NCBI GenBank assembly: GCA_951406725.2
Contig: OX597825.1
Coordinates: forward strand, 50,902,001 to 50,966,000
Direction of reading: 5' to 3'
DNA length: 64,000 nucleotides
DNA from: Octopus vulgaris
Lineage: Eukaryota
Position numbers and translations under genes: made by a program. Shown here piece after piece: positions 27,366 to 41,119 of this stretch. How positions within the stretch are numbered: position 1 is the first letter of the stretch; each line of letters begins with the position of its first letter. A model generated the notes under the pieces. That model was not told where the DNA came from, searched no databases, and saw only the letters and a list, made by a program, of their open reading frames with translations.

Positions 27366-27432
<67 letters not shown>
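27366..27432. repeat. (TTA)n microsatellite
   Basis: Direct reading. Confidence 0.95.
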
Positions 27433-27437
<5 letters not shown>

Positions 27438-29299
27438 TGTTTCAGAAAATGTATCGTATTACTCTTCAAATTTCATACCTTTTATGTTGTGCGTGTGCGT
27501 CTATCAGCTATATTCAGAGGATGGGAGACTTTACTTTATTGTTCTTCTCTACGTGGGAGAAAACTTCTAGATTTTGAAATTTTGCCGTTAGCCAATTTCA
27601 CTAGATGTTTTAAACATGAAATCTACATAGGTAGTGGTACGAGTGTCCTCACATTTGTGTAGTAGCAGCATTTAGACGTCTCCCCAATCGCTACAGATTA
27701 ATAAAATGATAAAAGTAAATACTGTTTGGAAATATAGAAGAATTTTCATCAAACGTCGACATCTGCACCCATCAGACACGAAAAAAATTATATAGTCGAT
27801 GTTTTAATAACTAGTTTGCCATACCAAGTATAGGTGTACCTCTAAAAATGAATACTATAGGAGAGGTATATTATGAAAAACAGTGACTTCTTCCTCAAGG
27901 AGTGCCTCGATCAATTGGCATAGTGTACAAGAAGGGAATTTTCATCTACCCATTAAAATGATGCGGGAAAAGCCTGGTTTATATAAGGATCATTTAATTT
28001 CTCTCTCTTTCTTTCTGTCTTTCTGTCTGTCTCTGTCTTGCGCAAACAAAGTTGGTGTAACAAAAATACATTTGTAATTTTTGGGTGTGGGCAATTTAAG
28101 ACTTACAACAAGCATCATCCTCTAAGGCGCGCTTATATCAGACGAAAGTTAAATATGGAGAATCTGACTAAATGAAAAACAGTGTATTAGCACTATGTTA
28201 CAAAAGTTGTCTTATTGCCCTACGTTATCAGTAAAGCTCTACAAAGAAAGTAGGTTACGGATCTCGGATGTCAAAGCTACACTTTTCTTGTGCCCCACTC
28301 CAAACAGTTGCGTAATACGTGGATAAGATCTGTACCGGTCGTAGAAGAGCAAATGCAAGTATATGCATCATTTTAAAAACTGATGGGTAAAAGATCAGGT
28401 AAATCAGTTCGACAGGCGTCTGCCTTTAACATAATGTTCCAATACATGGCACGAAAGCATACATAGGTCACTGTGAAAGATATCAGCAACGATACTACAT
28501 TGCAAATTTCTTGCTCAATATGGGTTGATATTAGATAGTAATGGACCTACATCCAGTGAATCAGTGCCTCCATGCCTGAAGATTTCATCCTACATATGAC
28601 AAAGCTAGAAACATGTATTAGGGTACATAGAAATTTGGGCGAGGCTTTTAGTTACTTGTAAGTCGGCAGCTGGAAGGGATCAGCCTTGGTGCTTTGGTAG
28701 CAGTGCTCGATATTCCACACAAGGCCGGCAGAACAGTTTTTGTTGGAAATGAGAACATATCGAACAGGCAAGTCAAAAAGTAAGGTACAACCCCCTTTAC
28801 AAATGTCACTCAATATTTGGGCCACAAACATGCAAAGTTGACGTTCAGTGACATATATTTCAATATTGACACTTAGTTCGTTGTCGAACATGCAGTTGCC
28901 GACACCCCAAAATTACAAATGGATTGCGTGTTCGTTTCTCTATTTGTCATCTGTGATTTTATTTTTGATCTTCTGTATAAATGAAGATATTTCATCCGTC
29001 TGACTGCTTTTTTTCTATAAAATGGGAAGTTACATTGCGGAACCATTATTGTAACTAGTTGCATTTATTTATCAGCCAAGGAGATACATCTGCACCGCCG
29101 GATGTTCCTGTACCAGTTGTTGAATGTCCCAATCATGAGGAATCGTAGCTAGATGTGTCGAAATACAATTGGCATGATTAATAATAAATTCTCGTATATC
29201 TCATCTTCCGTCTTTTATTTGCCATATATATAAATATAATAGTAAGAAAACAGGGAGGAATTTCGATTATCCCCACGTGGTGAGATGTAATGCAAAAAA

Positions 29300-30600
29300 T
29301 ATTATATATTTAAAATAAAAGAAGAAAAATGCACATATTTTACATAATTTTAATATATTTCATATTGTGTTTGTTGACCGGTTTCTCTTTTGCTAATCAT
29401 GACGTTGAAAGTATTGTAATTTCGTATTTTCTTAAGAAAATTTTAATCCATGTTGTGCAGAGGAGTTTGTGAATGATTCAATAAGTAGAGAAATCTAAGG
29501 GGAGGTAATTGATGATCGTTATTATTGGAGACAAGGCAGGTGATTGCTCATCGTTCAGGGAAGGTATGAAGTTATGAAATGAAATATGTACAGTAAATTA
29601 AAATATATATACTGAGATCAAAGTTGGTTATACTTTTATATTTAGACATATTCTGTACTTTTCTATGAACAAATTTTCTTTATTTGAACTTTCTTATATA
29701 GAAATTGTTTCTTCGCACTGCTAGATCGGGAAAACTGTAAAATTTAGTTGGATATTATCTGCACATCCCTCTATGTATTTACTCAGAGGAATCTTTTTGT
29801 ATTGCAGGAACCGGATCTGTTCTTTATACAGTGTGATTCTCCCTCACAGTGTCATACTTTTCGGTCCTATATTGTCATATCCACAACCTGAGCAAATTGC
29901 AAATTAGAATCTCGGAAGTGCAAATGAAGTTGGTTTTAATTGTGAACCTCTCTCTTTGCTTGAATAGGAATTTTGAGCCTTCCAATAGGTTGGGGCTTGT
30001 CGTATAGCTTGGGCGTCTACATTTTTTAACCGTTGGTTTCGTGGTTGTTGTGTAAGGCTTCACATTTGTTTGAAGTATCCTCAGCGATTTGAAAATCGTA
30101 AAAGCTATTTTGATTGGAAGAAAAAAAATGTCCTTAGATGACATGAAAGACGATTTATGAGGTGCTGAAGAGTATTAAAGCCACTATACTAGTGCCATGC
30201 ATTACTGCTTAAATATTTTGATTACGCATGCCCATACAATGAACCGAACACGTTGGACAAACCCTAATTCGTTTTGTTTGTTATTGTGTGGCGTGCATCT
30301 CGACTAAATAATCTTATTAGCTACACAAATTTGGTATGTGTATGTGTTAGCTTATTTATGAGTACATTTTTTTAAATGTGCATAGGTTGCGGGAGTATTT
30401 GTGTGTACGTGAGTGTATATGTGTTGCGTGTGCATGTGTAAAGTCCTTAGTTCAATCATTGATTGTTGAATCTGTGCATTTGACGAATCTGTGTTTTCAG
30501 AATGTCCATTTTTTGATCTCTCGTGAGCATACGTAGATTTTGTACAATCGTGTTGTACGCCACATTGTTTTTAGGATTGTGAGTTGATATAGAGTAATGG
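29300..30600 (-). mobile_element. Penelope-like element 3' part (linker, GIY-YIG endonuclease, pLTR), interrupted at 30092-30470
   Basis: PTVKKCRRPSYTTSPNLLEGSKFLFKQRERFTIKTNFICTSEILI is a decayed PLE zinc-knuckle/GIY-YIG region. A GAAACCGGTC HHR half-site lies at ~29376-29385. Confidence 0.75.
30092..30470. repeat. Split, partly inverted copy of 32201-32598
   Basis: 30092-30261 is the reverse complement of 32428-32598. 30258-30470 is a direct copy of 32201-32413. Confidence 0.92.
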
Positions 30601-30609
30601 TTTGAGATG

Positions 30610-30930
30610 AGTTATGTTGTCGCCCTTAGTGGACTTTTCAAAAGCTTTCCCTGCACACCACGCATTTGTCCGCCATGCAGCTCGACCCGAAGCAAAGGTT
30701 TCTATAACCTTTGGATCCATTCCAAGTGAGTTCATGTTAGTCCTTATGCCGTCCTTAAACCTCTTTTTAGGTTTACTCCGATTGCGTTTCCCCTCTGTAA
30801 GCTCGCCAAAGAATAGCTATTTGAGTGTGTGTTCATCCGTCATTCGAACAATACGGCTAGACTATCTCAATTAATTTTTCAGAATCATTGATTTAATTGA
30901 AGTGATACTTGCAGACACAAAGTCATCCGT
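30610..30930 (-). mobile_element. RTE/BovB-like LINE 3' fragment
   Basis: LFFGELTEGKRNRSKPKKRFKDGIRTNMNSLGMDPK...GRAAWR. Confidence 0.75.
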
Positions 30931-31323
30931 ATCTGGAGTAAAAAGAAAAAAAAATATTTAATGTTTAAAATGAATCGAAGGCATTTTTGGCGGAATCGTT
31001 TTCACAATTTGAAATGTCTTTCATAACACGTCCATGTTCCAGAAGAATACAACAGGGATGATATGACAAACGATTTGTAAAGAGCAAATTTTATGTTATA
31101 CAACATGTTGCAAATTCGGGTCGTCGGTGACTAAACTGAAAATCCCAACAGGCTTGCTTTGTGAGGAGGGCGATTGTTGGACACCCTGCAGGAGGAAAAG
31201 GCCCGTCTAAGGGCGGAGGAACTCATGACTAGCCAACGGCCATCCAACAAATATGTATGAATATGTATGTATATACGTAAGTATATATGTGCATGTGTGT
31301 GTTTATTTGTGTGCGCGTGTGTG

Positions 31324-31394
<71 letters not shown>

Positions 31395-33290
31395 TATGAG
31401 AAAGTTGGCTTTGAAACTGTAGGTGTTTGTATTTCAAGTCCCTAGAGGGCTCCAGAGTATTTCTTTTGTGTTCAGGTAGTAAGATGTTTGTATAATGGCT
31501 ACATTTTCAAAAGCTTTGCAGCTACAGCTATGTAAGTATCCATCATTCTAATTTTCAATGGATATCTCCCTGCAATCCACTACACCTCCTTGTAGAAATG
31601 TATTGGATGCGCATATCCGGCAACGTGATTGCCCGGTTGTAGTAAAAATTTTGCAGTTTTGAGGGAAAACTTTCTGCTAATTCTAGCTAAGGAAGCAGCA
31701 AATTTATTTCAAATAATCATAATACTACTCTTATAGTTGATTGTGTGGAAGTGTTTTTTTGTTTTTTGTTTTTCAGATTTAGGAAATTCTTAGCAACGTT
31801 TTTACTGTCCTTTAAGCCAATTTTGTTTGTAATTATATTGTTTTGTATTTGTACAGCAGGAGATTCTTCTGTGAATTCTACCTCAATGTAATGCATCATT
31901 ATAGTATTCTGCAACCCAACTGTTTGTCAGGGAATAAAGTAGATATATATGTTTGTTAAGTAAACTTACCATAGAGATACTATTGAAATATTTTGTATAT
32001 ATATTGCAAGATGTTATTTATATAAATATAAAATATGTGCGTATTAGTAAATGAAATTTATGCCAAAGATATAAATTATTCCAATATCCAAACTTGTCAA
32101 TTAAATATTTTCTAAACCTTATCAAGTAATTTCTAAATAAAAACCGACAGATGAAGCTATGCCATTATGATATGTACTATGCCTATTTCCTCATGTCTGT
32201 CAAACCCTAATTCGTTTTGTTTGTTATTGTGTGGCGTGCATCTCGACTAAATAATCTTATTAGCTACACAAATTTGGTATGTGTATGTGTTAGCTTATTT
32301 ATGAGTACATTTTTTTAAATGTGCATAGGTTGCGGGAGTATTTGTGTGTACGTGAGTGTATATGTGTTGCGTGTGCATGTGTAAAGTCCTTAGTTCAATC
32401 ATTGATTGTTGAAAAGTGTAACTGTATTTTGTCCAACGTGTTCGGTTCATTGTATGGGCATGCGTAATCAAAATATTTAAGCAGTAATGCATGGCACTAG
32501 TATAGTGGCTTTAATACTCTTCAGCACCTCATAAATCGTCTTTCATGTCATCTAAGGACATTTTTTTTTCTTCCAATCAAAATAGCTTTTACAATTTTTT
32601 CTTTCTGTCCACATATACAGAATATTGGTAGCATTTGCAGTGAGTGTATGCTGAACCACAAAACACATAGACTCACTTCAATAATTACAAGAAGCATAAT
32701 AATTAATGAAGGATATATATATATATATGTGTGTGTGTATGTGCATGTGTGTATGTGTGTGTGTATGTGTGAATGTGAATGTGTGAGTGTGTGTATCTAT
32801 TTGAGCATCCATAAACACCTAAACTAATGTATATGAGTGTCTGTGTGTGAATAAATATATTGGGGTACATGTATGTCTACAGGGGAGTAAATAGGTAAGA
32901 AGATAGATAAAGTAACTCAGCTGTGTTTATGTGTATATAAATAGTCTGTAACCGATCGCATGACATGTTCACCAAAGCAATAAAGAAAATATTTTCAATG
33001 ATATTCATAATACAAATAAACTACAGAAGATAAATCCCTACTCGCGCGCACGCTCAAACACACCAACGCACACGGATAGACATACACATTCACCAACAAA
33101 CTTGCATAAAGATGTGTGTATAGTATATGAGTGTGTGCATGAGAGTATGTGTGTTTGTAGATGTCTTTCTGACATATGTATAGCGCTAATGCTTTGGGTA
33201 AACATATATTCAGTTTTTAATGCATTTACATATTTATAAATACATACATACATATATAATATGTATATAAATATATATGTGTGTGTGTGT

Positions 33291-33334
<44 letters not shown>

Positions 33335-34330
33335 TCAATCATTGACAAACCTGTCTATCTGTCTGTATCTATCTATATATATATACATACATACATATAT
33401 ATAGATATATATGTGTGTGTGTGTGTGTGTGAGTGTGTGTGTGTATGTGTGTGCGTACGTGTGTATGTGTATGAAATTATACGTGTCTGTTTAGAATGGG
33501 ATGTAGGAAGAATACATACATATATATATGCAGTAGTCTTTAAATACACCCATGCACACACTCTTACACACACAAATATCTGAGTCTATCCCTTCCCTTA
33601 TATGCACATATTTATATATATGTATGTATGTTTTTGTGTGTGTATGTGAGCTTGTGTATATGCGAGTAGGTGTGTATGTGTGTGTGTTTGCTTGTCTGTG
33701 TTTGCATATCTTCCTACATGCGCTTTTGTGTGTGTATGTGTATGTGTGGTGCGGTGCATGTCGTCGTTCAGTAATCCAGAATACAGCAATCTCATCCAAT
33801 ATATTGATATTACGTTAACGTCAACATGTTTCTTATATTAGGAAGAAACTAACATGTTTTTTTCTCCCCTCTCTCTCTATCAGTCCTCCCACTGAACCAA
33901 TTCAAAATGGTGTACATGAAGAAATATAAGGATCCCTTCCTCCCCACACACTCCAATATATTGTTTACATATTGATTTTTGTTTTTGGATTGGAGGATTT
34001 GTTCCCTACCTGATGACATTGGATTACTTGGCAGTGATTAAAAATATATTGAGTGTATGTGTTTGACATATTTAGGTCAGAGTATTTCGGTGGTGGAGAT
34101 GAGGACGCGTACACATTGCGCGTATTCATACACACGCATGTACACCAAAACATACCTGTACGCGCATACAAACGCACAGACTCATATGTAAATGCATGTG
34201 TGCGAGTGTGTGTCTGCGTGCGTGTCTCTGTGTGTGTATGTGTGTGTGTGTTGTAGTGTACGTAAACACACACGCATATATATATATACACATACATACA
34301 AACATATATATATATGTGTGTGTATGTATG

Positions 34331-34410
<80 letters not shown>

Positions 34411-35138
34411 TGAAAGAGAGAGAGAGAGAGAGGGAGAGGAAGAAAGAAACAAGGAAAGAGAAAAGTAAGAATAATTTAGACCTTAATTGTAGTAGTTGCA
34501 AAATGTGGGAATTCTATCTACCGATCTATTTATCAACATGCGCGCGCGCACACACAAACGTGCACACACACATATATATAATAGTGTAGGGAGGTCCAAT
34601 ACGATCGTACTACAGGCATAGACAAGACTAGTGTAGATAACCCAAAGCAGATGACAATCGATCAGTAAACTTCATTAATCAATGTATTCAATACACATCA
34701 TCCCATATCGAATTAGACGGAAATTCCGGTAAGGTAAACTGCAACCATGCAACTCCAGTATACTCCAAAAGATGCTGTGTGTGTGATAATAAATCCCTGG
34801 GTGGAGGGAATGATATAAGTAGTTACACACAACACTTATTTCAAAAAATTCACAGAGGGGCACATTTTATAACTTTAAGCCAATTCATTGATGCCAGTAT
34901 TCCTCCATTTCGTGTACATTTCTACCGGTCGCATAAAAGGTCATTGCCGTAATGAATTCAGCAACATAGACGTATTTGTTTAGGAAATGCCGTAACGTGC
35001 AGTGCAGCACTGAATTCTTTAGGAAATCTGTAGAGATACACTTAAGTTGATACACCTATGTATGTATTATGTATGTATGTATGTATGTATGTATGTATGT
35101 ATGTATGTATGTATTATCTATCTATCTATCTATCTATA

Positions 35139-35171
<33 letters not shown>

Positions 35172-35177
<6 letters not shown>

Positions 35178-36170
35178 AGAATTCACAGAAAGACAAAAGA
35201 CAAAGACAGGTGGTGTAGACAACAAACAGATGTATTAGTTTAACACTCGGGAAGTGAAAAAGTCTTTAACGTTTCGAGCCAACACACTTCCATAGAAAGC
35301 AACACAGAAAGAAACAAGGAGAGAAAATGAAGAATGAGTAGTGGCTAGCGATCAGTCATGGCGAATGCCGAACAGAGGGGTCACACAGGAGAGCTAGGAA
35401 GAAGGGGAAATAATAAAGTAGTGTTGATCCCTAAACGAAGGTGCGCGTGTGTCTGTATAAGAGAGCATGATGTGCGTGTGGAAGAGGGCTGGTGACCTTG
35501 ACGTGTGCGTGTGTGCATGTGTAAGTGTATGGATGATGGTGTGGGGCTGGGAAGTGGTCTTTGCTAGTGTGTGCGTGGTGGTGTAATGTGATGTGGTGTT
35601 GTGTGGTATAGTGTGGTGTGGTGGTGTGTGATGTGGTGTGGTGGTGCTGCGATGCAGGGGAGGTGAGAGTGGGGAAAGCAAGGGTGTGGTGTGTGCTAGG
35701 CTGAGGGTGGGGGTAGAGGTGGGGTATATGGGAGTGGTGTAAGGGATGGGGTGGGGTGGGATTGGATCAATAGGGAAAGTGGCGTTCGATTGTGTAGGGA
35801 CGGAGTAACGAAGGAGGGGTGAAGATGAACAGCGAGAGGGAAGGAAAAAAGTGGGTAGCAGTGAAGAGAAGAGAAGATAGTAGGAGTGAAGAGAAGTAGT
35901 AGTAATCAGAGCAATAGAGGAAAGGTGGGTGGGAGAAAGTAGGTGTGAGAGGAAGAGAGGAGAGGAGAGGAGAGTTGAGCCCTTGTGGCGCAAAGGAACG
36001 AAGAGAAGATTAATACCGTTTCACGGTGAAGACGGGAGTACGGATTGCCCCTGTGCAAGGACAATCCGAACACAAACAGGTGTTGCAAAGAGTGACAGGT
36101 AGAGCGGAAATGGCGCGAGACCGGGGTGTCATTGCCGAGTCGGATGTCTCGGAGGTGTTCCGCTAACCGG
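35172..36170 (-). mobile_element. Penelope-like element 3' end (GIY-YIG C-terminus and pLTR with decayed HHR)
   Basis: RLAEHLRDIRLGNDTPVSRHFRSTCHSLQHLFVFGL...RLHRETVLIFS...APQGLN. GCTCGAAACGTT at ~35268-35279. The terminus is shared with 63940-64000. Confidence 0.8.
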
Positions 36171-36171
36171 T

Positions 36172-36264
36172 GAGCATAGAATGCATATTGACACTCTCAT
36201 CACGGTGTCAGTTGACTCTCTCAACCGTCACCGAGATGAGAGAGTCAATATGCATTCTATACTC
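36172..36264. repeat. ~93-bp fold-back palindrome
   Basis: atagaatgcatattgac/gtcaatatgcattctat, ctctcatc/gatgagag, cggtg/caccg and gttga/tcaac pair around a 5-nt loop. Confidence 0.9.
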
Positions 36265-36697
36265 TTTGTGTGAAAAATCTTAAATGTTAAATATTACCTC
36301 AGTTTTAATTTACCGGATGAAAATACTTTCTTTTTATGTGTTGTAATTGATTTGTACTTCTGAAGTACTTCTGAAACTGTTGTAGTGAAACTCACCCCAT
36401 TTGTGTTATCATTTATACTACACCACCCTCGGAATCTTCTCTACGTTTGATCTTGAGCCTATAGGGGACCGTGGACTGCATGTCGGAATATACTCTTTAG
36501 TGATTTTACGTAAACGTTGGGTGTGTTTGGTCTATACTTGTGGACGTATGCGTAGCTGGAAGGAAAATCCGTATATGCTTTAGTAATTACGTGAGTGTCC
36601 GCAAACACTGTAAAAGCACAGGTGCGCCGCCCTCGATTCTACTTTGGTGTCTTTGCTATTAAAATTCTTCGATTCTATTGCATCCTGCAAGTAATTG

Positions 36698-36730
<33 letters not shown>

Positions 36731-36809
36731 ATGTGTGTGTGTGCACGCGTGCGTGTGTGTATCTCTCTATCTATATAAGCACACACACAAACACATACAC
36801 ATGCACACA

Positions 36810-37665
36810 CAAGGTGTTCGGACTAAATGTTACACTGTGCATAAAGAAAATGCAAAGTACCATCTAAAAGTTAAATTTTTTTGATATCAACTAGATGATG
36901 GCTGGCAGATAGTTTACACAAAGCAATCACCTGCAGCTATCACATGGGCCTCAAGCTGGCTCAAGATCCTGACGCATACGTTCCTCATTGTATGCCTAGG
37001 AAAATTTTCGAACATCCCCTTGATCTTGGCCACCAGCCCGGCTTTGGTTTTGCAGCCAGAGCAGTTGGTGTCTTTCTCAACTGCTCCCAACACATAGTAA
37101 TCCATGAGATTACAATCGGGGTAATAAGCGACTAGAACTTGGGGCCGGTGACGTTGGAGAAATTGTCCGTCAATCACTTCTAACTCTTTCCGGAGGTCTG
37201 GTAAGATGCCGAATCTTGCTGCCACACACAGCCTTCCAGCAGCAACCCTCTCCAGTCAGGATTTGACCAGATTCTCCAGTTGTTTAAATGAAACCAATGA
37301 TCCTTTTTGAAGAACTGGGGCGGTATGGCGTCACTGGAGAAGCCCAAAACCATTACAGTTTGGGGTAACTTGGTTTTCATGATGTCCAAGTCATGTCTTC
37401 CAGCTTTTACAGTTTTCACAGAGCATTAAGCAGCAGTCATAATGTCTGGATTTTCATATCTAGCGCAAAAGAGCATGACACAGGTAACCTGATTTCCAAT
37501 ATTCAGATGGTTTCATTTCTTCATATCATCTCACTTTTTCTTAAATACGAATTTAATCTTCATGCTCACCAAAGCTATTGAATTTTCTCCAATACACCAA
37601 ATATATCAAACTGTTACTGATAATAGCAGACATGCTAAATAGTCAAATTTAGACCGAACATCTAA
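36810..37665 (-). mobile_element. Tc1/mariner superfamily element (maT/DD37D-like), internally deleted
   Basis: KLPQTVMVLG, VWQQDSA and PDCNLMDYYVLGAVEKDTN. TIRs are gtgttcggactaaat (36814) and atttagaccgaacat (~37647-37661). Confidence 0.8.
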
Positions 37666-38206
37666 TATATATGTTTTTTGTGTGTATATGCGCGCGCGTG
37701 TGTGTATATGTATGTGTGCACTCACACACGTGAGTAGAAATGTGAACTTGAAAAAGGATATAACTGTCACCAGTTTATTATAGTTACGCATGAATTAGGC
37801 TTGGAGTATCTTATAACTTGGAAACATCATAAAAGAACGAAATAGATTTCTATTACGAAGGTTGACAGGCAAATAGTTTTCTATTAAACCTAGCGGTTTG
37901 AGGAAATAAACTTTTGGGAATATTAGACTTTCTGGCAATATATGATTTTCTTGTAATACTACATTTAATGTTGTCTATTATGGCTGAATTGCTCCTTCAC
38001 AAAGAGTGTCCTTGACAGAGTTCACACTTCAGTATATAGCTGGACCTTGTCTCCTGTCTGCGGACATATTTTCTTTCGTTTTCCAACCTCAAAGTCTGTG
38101 CCCAAATTTCATTTCTGTTCTCCTTCCTTCTTTGACTAAACTATGAATATATTCTTTAGTTTTGGGACACATGATAAATATATATAGACACATATACACA
38201 CACGCG

Positions 38207-38247
<41 letters not shown>

Positions 38248-38307
38248 GAAAAATAGAAGTTGAAAATTCACTGAGGATAGTTAAATTTTTTATTAATTTA
38301 TTCATAG

Positions 38308-38346
38308 CCTTAACCGGTTTCACAGTTTAGAATGATTTTCAAAAAG
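38308..38346 (-). ncRNA. Minimal hammerhead motif, U3-A8 variant
   Basis: The minus strand reads cttt-TTGAAAA-TCA(ttctaaac)TGT-GAAA-CCGG-TT-aagg. Confidence 0.5.
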
Positions 38347-38750
38347 TTGAAATAGAAAGGCATGGCTTATGTCGCAGATGTCGCAGCTTTTGACTAGTAT
38401 TTGAAGCATGCTCTATTTTTCTAGGGAGCTGATAGCTCAAATTAGCGTACGTTTTGAATAGGATTTGACTGGTAGAAGATAGTCACATGCTTAGACTTTG
38501 AAGATTTTGTAGGCTCCCCGCAACGTCCGTGCGTCACTATGAAGTGACAATGTTTGGCGTCGTAAGTTAAAGCTGACACGGCTGAGTGAACATCTAACAA
38601 TGAATGCTCTGAATGTTTTCTTTCAAGTGTTTGTAGAGAATAAACACACGATTAGTTTTATAACCTTTAGTACGATTCCCGCTACAACCGTGCGTAGGGT
38701 CATTGTTTTCTCTATATCATGCGCGTAATATAATTGTTTTCTATATATAT

Positions 38751-39820
38751 CATTCACAGAATGTGTGAATAATATTCTTAATCTCAACATTTACTTACTC
38801 GCGACTACTTCTAGGCTTTGTCACTAACTCAGATTTAAACCAAATTAGATAACGTTTACATTTTTAGATTGGTCCCATCCTAAGCTACATTTTCAGCTTC
38901 AAAATTCGAAAATTGCTTCGGTAGAAAAATTTTCAATACAATATGTCAGGTCAAAAACGATTTTTAATAAATCTATATTTTATTATAGCATATATGATAG
39001 ATCTCGGTTAGAAGAATATATCCATGTTACTTATATGCAAAAATATTCATTAGACAAATTACTGAGGTGAAAACCGACGAAAAACTCTTTAAATTGAGAT
39101 TAACGCTTTAAATCGACTTTGATTCCAAATATTATTCCTCTTTCAAAAGAAAACTATAAATAAATTCAACTTTTCTGATAGACCGCCACTAGAGGAATCC
39201 GATAATGAACATTTATATACAAAAATTTTAATTTTAGATTTTAAATGAAAAAGTTATTATAAGTGCCAAAAGTGTGCAAAACAATTTTCAAGTATTAAGG
39301 CGATGAGCTGGCAGAGTCGTTAACATACAGGATGGAAGCTTAGCGGAATTTCGTCTATCTCTACATTCTGAGTTCAAATTCCGCCTAGGTCGTCTTTGCC
39401 TTTTATCTTTTCAGTTCTCGATATCATGAGTACCAGCTGAGCACTGAGGCCGATGTAATCAACGTCCTTCTCCTCCGGATTTGATAGCCTTCTGCCTAAA
39501 TTGGAAACCAATATTGCAAAATGTTTGATTCTATTCAATATTTTGGTATCTTGCAAAGATTTACCTTATATTCATAGAATATACTGTACTATAATAAATG
39601 TTATTCACACAGAGCAGTGTGTGAATAATATTCTTGAACTCAACATTTACTCACTCGTGACTTCTTCTAGGCTTTGTCATTAATTCAGTTTTTTTACCAA
39701 GTTTGATGATGTCTATACATTTTTAGATTGGTCACCTCTTAAGCTACATTTTGAGCCAGAAATCCGAGATTTGATTCAATAGAAAAAAGCTGAGATTTCA
39801 AATATGTGAGATCACAAAGG
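38751..39820. repeat. Diverged ~200-bp direct repeats (38751-38960 and 39603-39820)
   Basis: Both copies share tgtgtgaataatattctt..ctcaacatttact..cttctaggctttgtca..catttttagattggtc..taagctacatttt. Confidence 0.8.
39297..39512 (+). mobile_element. tRNA-derived SINE
   Basis: ggcgatgagctggcagagtcgttaac...gagttcaaattccgcc...gagtaccag...ggaaacc. Confidence 0.8.
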
Positions 39821-41119
39821 AAGAATAACGTCTGAAATCGATTTCAGGGATATACACGCGATGCTACATACATACGTTCGTAAATACACACACATACACA
39901 CACACAAACACACACGCACAAACAAACAATGTACACACACGCATACACATACACATAAGTAACTTTTAAAACGTCCATGTAGGAAAAAAGGTGAGTGTGA
40001 CTAAAACGTAGCTTTAAGGAGAGAGGGGTAAATTGACAACAATTGATGACAAGTGGACTCTTTTCTGCTGTCCTTCGTAAATAAACACTCACAAACAGAC
40101 ACACACACACATACATACATACATAAATGCATACATACATACATAATACTTATTGCAGATAAATGTTGCCGGGGTTTAAAGTTTAATTATTTTCACCAGA
40201 ATACAGGAATTAGAAGCTGGCATTTTCTGCACGATAGTTGTCTATCACAAAATTGAAGCTAAATCATTATACGAGGATGCCTTTTTATTAAACAAACGAA
40301 AGCAAGGCATTATGACGATCAAAATTATAAGAACTTCTGAAGTTTTAATAACTTTTTGTTTGCTTTTAATCTTTAATTCAATATTAAGAGTAGCAGAAAT
40401 TAGATTATTATTTCCTAATGTAAATTGACAAGATTTTTGCTTTCAGATATGATTGGATTTTCAGAGTAGCAGGATTCAGCTATTTTATTTTCAGGTAAAT
40501 AGACAAGAACAATAGCTGGATTGCAGGCTTTATTTTTATTTTGCATGAGAATTTTGACTAACAAACTTTGCCCTAACAAGGGAAGGTGGCTCCTCCTGCC
40601 TCACGGTAGATGCATTGGCTACTTTTGCATTTTTTAAGTAAGCAGATTGAATTTTAGTTGTAAATATTGCAGTTTTAAATTGGGTTATGAAAACTGGATT
40701 ACAATATGGAATTTTAGCATATATATTAAAACATCATTTACAAAAATTTTATTCCTCAAAATTTAATGATATTATATTTTTATTGTTTCTTTCTTTCAAT
40801 GGGCAGACCTGGTGGTTTCTGGTAATGCTATTCAGAAAAGGCAAAAGGTTAGGTGGATCCTCATGCTTTACGGTGGATGCTTTGGTTATTTTTGCCTTTT
40901 TATAATCATTTTCATATTAGCCAATTCAACGAAATCCTATCCAGATAACTTTTTCTTATTTTTAGAATTAAAGAACAAATATGTGAAAATTAAAAAAAAT
41001 ACAACGTAAATTCTTTTTTTAATTCAATCATCAATATGAAAAATAATTCAAATATTTTTTAACAAAAGAATGTTTGTTTTATCGCATTGCCTGCAAAAAG
41101 TGGATTGCAAGGAAAAATG

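Noticed and set aside
34590-35050. Complex-sequence island between microsatellites
   Set aside because: No frame gave a recognisable motif, so it cannot be assigned.
35394-35993. 199-aa Pro/Thr/His-rich ORF
   Set aside because: It is the low-complexity 3' region of a Penelope-like element.
36545-36620. CTGGAAGGA...CAAACACTGTA hammerhead-like string
   Set aside because: Both core halves are altered and there are no clear stems.
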